Below are positions 61,723 to 64,000 of a DNA stretch of 64,000 nt, in pieces. This stretch comes from a bacterium (GTDB lineage Bacteria > Zhuqueibacterota > Zhuqueibacteria > Residuimicrobiales > Krinioviventaceae). Every line of letters begins with the position of its first letter. The stretch's first letter is position 1. The translations under genes were made by a program, and so were the position numbers. Below the pieces are notes generated by a model. That model was given only the letters and a program-made list of their open reading frames with translations, was not told the DNA's origin and searched no databases. The stretch lies in NCBI GenBank assembly GCA_963693055.1, contig OY843751.1:5024001-5088000 (forward strand). Reading direction: 5' to 3'.

Positions 61723-62302
61723 ATTTCAATTCAATTTTAAAAGGCACTTTGAGTTTTTCCCATTGAAGAAACGCAGTTGCCGAGGTCCCGTCCAGATCTT
61801 CAAAGCCATAAACCAGCCATTCCTGATGAGGAGCAGCAACAGGAGTAACGTTAATTCTTAGCGCGTCTTGAGATTCATCATATTTATAACTGCCCCATGC
61901 GTCATTGACTTTATTAAAAATGACAACCCAATCGTTTTCAGAGGGAATCATATGAATGCTATATTTACCGGCTGGTAAATCTTTACCATTAACTTTGACA
62001 TCACTGCTAAAATCGATGGTGGTATTTTCATTAGCGCCGGCTCTCCAGGGAAAGTCCTTGTTATCTGAATATTTGTTGCCGGGATTCAAGCCATAAGGTA
62101 CCAAATCACCCCAAATGGTTCTGCCTTTAACTCCGGGACGACTATAATTGATGGTAACCTTGGCATCTACACCCAGGCTCTGAGATACTTTTGCGGCAAG
62201 GCTCTTGCGGATTTTTTTATCCTGAGCCAATGTAGTATTGCTTAACCCTACAAGCAATGCCACTGCCAGCAATAAAATGGTTAGAAATTTAACTCTTTTC
62301 AT
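61721..62302 (-). CDS. DUF2911 family secreted protein
   Basis: Signal peptide; INYSRPGVKGRTIWGDLVPYG, WRAGANENT, LPAGKYS, WGSYKY. ATG 62302 behind GAGG. Confidence 0.88.
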   Translation of the reverse strand: MKRVKFLTILLLAVALLVGLSNTTLAQDKKIRKSLAAKVSQSLGVDAKVTINYSRPGVKGRTIWGDLVPYGLNPGNKYSDNKDFPWRAGANENTTIDFSSDVKVNGKDLPAGKYSIHMIPSENDWVVIFNKVNDAWGSYKYDESQDALRINVTPVAAPHQEWLVYGFEDLDGTSATAFLQWEKLKVPFKIELK

Positions 62303-62409
62303 TATTCCTCCATGTGGAAATATTTCATATTTATTTAACGAATTTATTACAGCTTGTAACAACGATTTTGTAATTATTATTGCATTTCCTCAAGATTTCT
62401 ACGCAGGAA

Positions 62410-63417
62410 TCAATAAAAAGATTCAATACTGAAATAATAACCTAGACCAAAACTAACAGAAAAACATGTCTTGTTGTAAAAATCATCAACAATATCAAGA
62501 TTTTTAACATTATCGATAATAAAATATTTCTTGAATCCAACACTTGCATCTAGACCCAAGTAACGATTAATAATATAAATCAAGCCCAAATTCGTACCAA
62601 TACCCAATCCTCGTGAAGAAGATCCAACTCCCAATAGTTCATTATCTTTCTCATCAATAATCAAAATCTTTACAGGATCAACTGTACAACTCGCAACAAA
62701 ATAGGATTGTTTTAACCGCGTCCTGTAATAAAAAACAGGACTAAAAATAGATTGATATTTTATTTTATAATTGTAAAAACCAAAAGCCGGTAAATCCAGT
62801 GTATCAATCTCACTAAATACAATGCTCTGTTCAAAAGGTTGTACCCAGGAATGGCTTGAAAAACCAAAACCAAATTTCTCATGAAAATAATACCCAACCT
62901 CAATAGCTTTACCAGAACCCATATCAGAATCTTTATTTGTAACACTGCCTACTGGAAGTCTCTCAGAATATTCTGTAGGTAGACCTTTAAAAATATCAAA
63001 ATTCAACTTAACATAAAACGGATGAATTAATGATTCTTGTTTTCTTTTTTTTATCAATTCCGGAAGGTTATAGTCTTTGATGGACTTTATACTCTTTTTT
63101 TTGAGATATTGAATATCTATCATCTTGCCCTGTATTGTCTTTAATTCCAGAATTTCAGGATAAATATAAAACCGGGGAGGCTCAATGTCTTGGTATCTAC
63201 CCTTGACGGCTTGAAACAAAATACCTTCAATTGTTGTATCAATCAATTCACCATAACAATATTCGCCGTTTTTCAACAATAGCACTTTGGTCTTGGGTGA
63301 ATATAACACAGAATCAATGCGTGTATTTATATCAATGCCATATATTGTAGAAACGCTGCAAAAAACAACCAACAAACTAATAGCAGTAGATATTCTCATA
63401 ATCGTCCTCATTATCAT
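62410..63417 (-). CDS. Hypothetical secreted protein with C-terminal outer-membrane beta-barrel
   Basis: Signal peptide; alternating beta strands (IEVGYYF, LGLDASVG, SFGLGYYF); AT-rich. Confidence 0.6.
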   Translation of the reverse strand: MIMRTIMRISTAISLLVVFCSVSTIYGIDINTRIDSVLYSPKTKVLLLKNGEYCYGELIDTTIEGILFQAVKGRYQDIEPPRFYIYPEILELKTIQGKMIDIQYLKKKSIKSIKDYNLPELIKKRKQESLIHPFYVKLNFDIFKGLPTEYSERLPVGSVTNKDSDMGSGKAIEVGYYFHEKFGFGFSSHSWVQPFEQSIVFSEIDTLDLPAFGFYNYKIKYQSIFSPVFYYRTRLKQSYFVASCTVDPVKILIIDEKDNELLGVGSSSRGLGIGTNLGLIYIINRYLGLDASVGFKKYFIIDNVKNLDIVDDFYNKTCFSVSFGLGYYFSIESFY

Positions 63418-63421
63418 TCAA

Positions 63422-64000
63422 TTAGTTTATTTTAAAAATCAGACTTGAATTAATTGACAGTCTGGGTATATGGTTTATTGTGTCATTAAAAATAAAATCA
63501 GAAAAACCCGCATTTACCCCAATAGCAACATACGAGTTAAACCAGTATTCCAACCCCCAGTTTGTATAATACATCAAACCATCTTTCTCTACAGTATCGT
63601 CTCCAATCCCTTCTGGTTCAGTGATTATTACAGGAGAGATTGAAAGCATACCGGTCACTGCAACAGAAGCATTATCAAAATGGTTCCTATAGATCACTTC
63701 CGGCATTATTCCGACAAGAAAATTATCAGTTTCATAATTCATATAATAATTCATTTCCCGGTTTAGCGTGTATTGTGTTTTTAATGGCTCACGTAAATAA
63801 CGTAACCCAATACCAAAATGATTAACCATCATATGAACATCAAATGACAATGCAGCCCTAAAATCCACATACTTGACATCATAAAAATCCCGGGGTAAAC
63901 TTTTATTATTTAATATGGCAGGATCCATAACTCCATATTCGACTCTTAGAAAAAAGGAATGTTTTTGTTTTCCTGCCATTTCCTCTGTATCAACAGATGG
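63422..64000 (-). CDS. Hypothetical beta-barrel-like protein, probably 5'-truncated by window edge
   Basis: Frame stays open from ATG 63979 to the window end (PSVDTEE); amphipathic strands FGIGLRY, WGLEYWF, IGVNAG. Confidence 0.55.
   Translation of the reverse strand, partial: PSVDTEEMAGKQKHSFFLRVEYGVMDPAILNNKSLPRDFYDVKYVDFRAALSFDVHMMVNHFGIGLRYLREPLKTQYTLNREMNYYMNYETDNFLVGIMPEVIYRNHFDNASVAVTGMLSISPVIITEPEGIGDDTVEKDGLMYYTNWGLEYWFNSYVAIGVNAGFSDFIFNDTINHIPRLSINSSLIFKIN

Overview
Bacterial chromosomal segment, moderately AT-rich with a few very AT-rich patches. A secreted protein with an LPVELSSF/YPNPFNP/FlgD-Ig C-terminus, Tat-exported Gfo/Idh/MocA oxidoreductases and several glycoside hydrolases suggest an FCB-group organism such as KSB1 or Calditrichota (inference). 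In order it holds: carbohydrate-active genes (GH97, BNR/sialidase-like, GH28, MGH1-like, GH3); a low-GC SeqA-like orphan; a PepSY-TM gene whose start is scrambled by an 18-bp tandem repeat; clusters of REP-like palindromes; a low-GC Nudix-like gene split by an IS256-family element (8-bp target duplication, doubled upstream end); a TonB receptor / methyltransferase / membrane-NTPase fusion operon; MscS, YeiH-LysR, SPFH-NfeD, an acyl-CoA ligase and AddAB; a five-gene sulfation cluster; a B12 radical SAM trio; and a sigma54-driven kinase/NtrC/receiver/CheW/2xMCP module. No rRNA, tRNA or CRISPR array was seen. Best candidates for undescribed systems are the sulfation cluster (possible tyrosine-peptide sulfate shuttle), the ECF-like/THEP1-NTPase fusion transporter, the SeqA-like protein and the REP-flanked cargo genes. 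All family calls come from motif recognition by eye, not database searches.
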